Origin: Candidatus Bathyarchaeota archaeon
GTDB taxonomy: Archaea > Thermoproteota > Bathyarchaeia > Bathyarchaeales > Bathycorpusculaceae
Direction of reading: 5' to 3'
Length of the DNA stretch: 64,000 nucleotides
NCBI GenBank assembly: GCA_963708495.1
Contig: CAVPSS010000005.1
Span: forward strand, 19,739 to 83,738
The position numbers and the translations under genes were made by a program. Position 1 is the stretch's first letter; every line of letters begins with the position of its first letter. Shown here in pieces: positions 63,215 through 64,000 of the stretch. The notes under the pieces were generated by a model. The model was given only the letters and a program-made list of their open reading frames with translations. It was not told where the DNA came from and did not search any database.

Positions 63215-63282
63215 TGGACCCTGGCTGGATTTGCACTCAGCCCCAAGTGGAGACATCTCCAACAAATCCCTTATCTTTTTTT
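63215..63282 (-). repeat. dispersed tRNA-T-loop-like repeat, copy D
   Basis: Minus strand AAAAAAAGATAAGGGATTTGTTGGAGATGTCTCCACTTGGGGCTGAGTGCAAATCCAGCCAGGGTCCA. Confidence 0.65.
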
Positions 63283-63380
63283 CCAGCATCCAGATTTGGT
63301 TTGTGCAAAATTCTTCTCAGCAAAAATTCGCAAAATCTTTTAACTCTTGAAATAGAAACTAAGATGCAGAGATTAAGCAA

Positions 63381-63968
63381 ATGACCAAGTTACACCTTCA
63401 AGCGGAGCAGCGAGACAGGATAAGACACCTTGCAAAAGTTGGAAAAGACAACACATACCAATTCTTAGGGTATACTCTCAATCTGGAAACAAATCAATTT
63501 CATGACTTGCTTGAGAAAGGTACCGTGAATAGCGATTGGGGTACTCAAATCATGACTGCTCTGCTGGCGCATTACTCTTTAGCCCAGAATATTGCTAAGT
63601 CTGGTAAGTTGGTGAAATTTAAGGACCTACCAGGAGGGTATGCTTACGAAGTTGCATTTACACGAAGAGCAGTCTATCCGATAGCGCAAGGTTTTGGCAA
63701 TAATCCCGTAGAACTTGCTGAAGTTGCAGAGCTGTTTGGGGGAAAACGTTTGGATTATGGGGATTTATCTGTGGAGATTCCCGCTTTAGAGGGCATCCCA
63801 ATAGTGTACATCCTATGGGGGGCACACGAGTTTTCGGCATCAGCAAATGTTCTCTTCGACGAATCAGCGAGTTGCTTTCTGGATACTGAAGGGTTGGCAG
63901 GATTAGGTGAACTAACTACGCATCGTCTATTGAAAGCTCAGTCAATTCTCAAGGAAAAGAAACAATAA
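63381..63968 (+). CDS. DUF3786-like protein
   Basis: LAHY, FKDLPGG..Y..F, LWG..EF..ANVLFD and LDTE motifs. Confidence 0.75.
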   Translation: MTKLHLQAEQRDRIRHLAKVGKDNTYQFLGYTLNLETNQFHDLLEKGTVNSDWGTQIMTALLAHYSLAQNIAKSGKLVKFKDLPGGYAYEVAFTRRAVYPIAQGFGNNPVELAEVAELFGGKRLDYGDLSVEIPALEGIPIVYILWGAHEFSASANVLFDESASCFLDTEGLAGLGELTTHRLLKAQSILKEKKQ

Positions 63969-64000
63969 AACAGGAATCAATTCAAGTCTGCAAGATAGCT

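Noticed and set aside
237-63846. Numerous short antisense or nested ORFs in the track
   Set aside because: They are shadows of well-supported genes on the other strand or frame.
40000-64000. Classical integron with attC sites
   Set aside because: No integrase gene and no paired RYYYAAC...GTTRRRY sites. ATCTAAC near 63036 precedes an imperfect hairpin but has no matching right end.
1-64000. CRISPR array, cas genes, rRNA
   Set aside because: No regularly spaced repeats or recognisable genes seen by eye.

Overview
Archaeal chromosomal window. RadA, an archaeal ValRS/MetRS set, archaeal PEP carboxylase, a DUF35/HMG-CoA synthase module, a single-OB-fold SSB and frequent TTG/GTG starts behind GGTGA/GAGG sites suggest a TACK archaeon, most likely Bathyarchaeia (inference). 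About 1-40 kb is housekeeping and DNA repair: valS, a TPP riboswitch with thiT, a P1B ATPase, splB-like/dinB, metG, a CysRS paralog, rqcH, radA, pncB, thiolase/HMGS, ssb and uvrBAC. About 40-64 kb is a patchwork of small, mostly unrelated genes, gene fragments and a bacterial-type clpB. Main unexplained signals: (1) a 223-nt multibranch structured-RNA candidate at 60114-60336 with a repeated loop motif; (2) a dispersed ~60-bp repeat family ending in a tRNA-like T-loop, whose direct-repeat pairs bracket single genes like cassettes; (3) an archaeal TPP riboswitch; (4) two enzymes with substituted catalytic residues (CysRS paralog, thiolase). Several conserved genes carry single-base indels that look like assembly errors.
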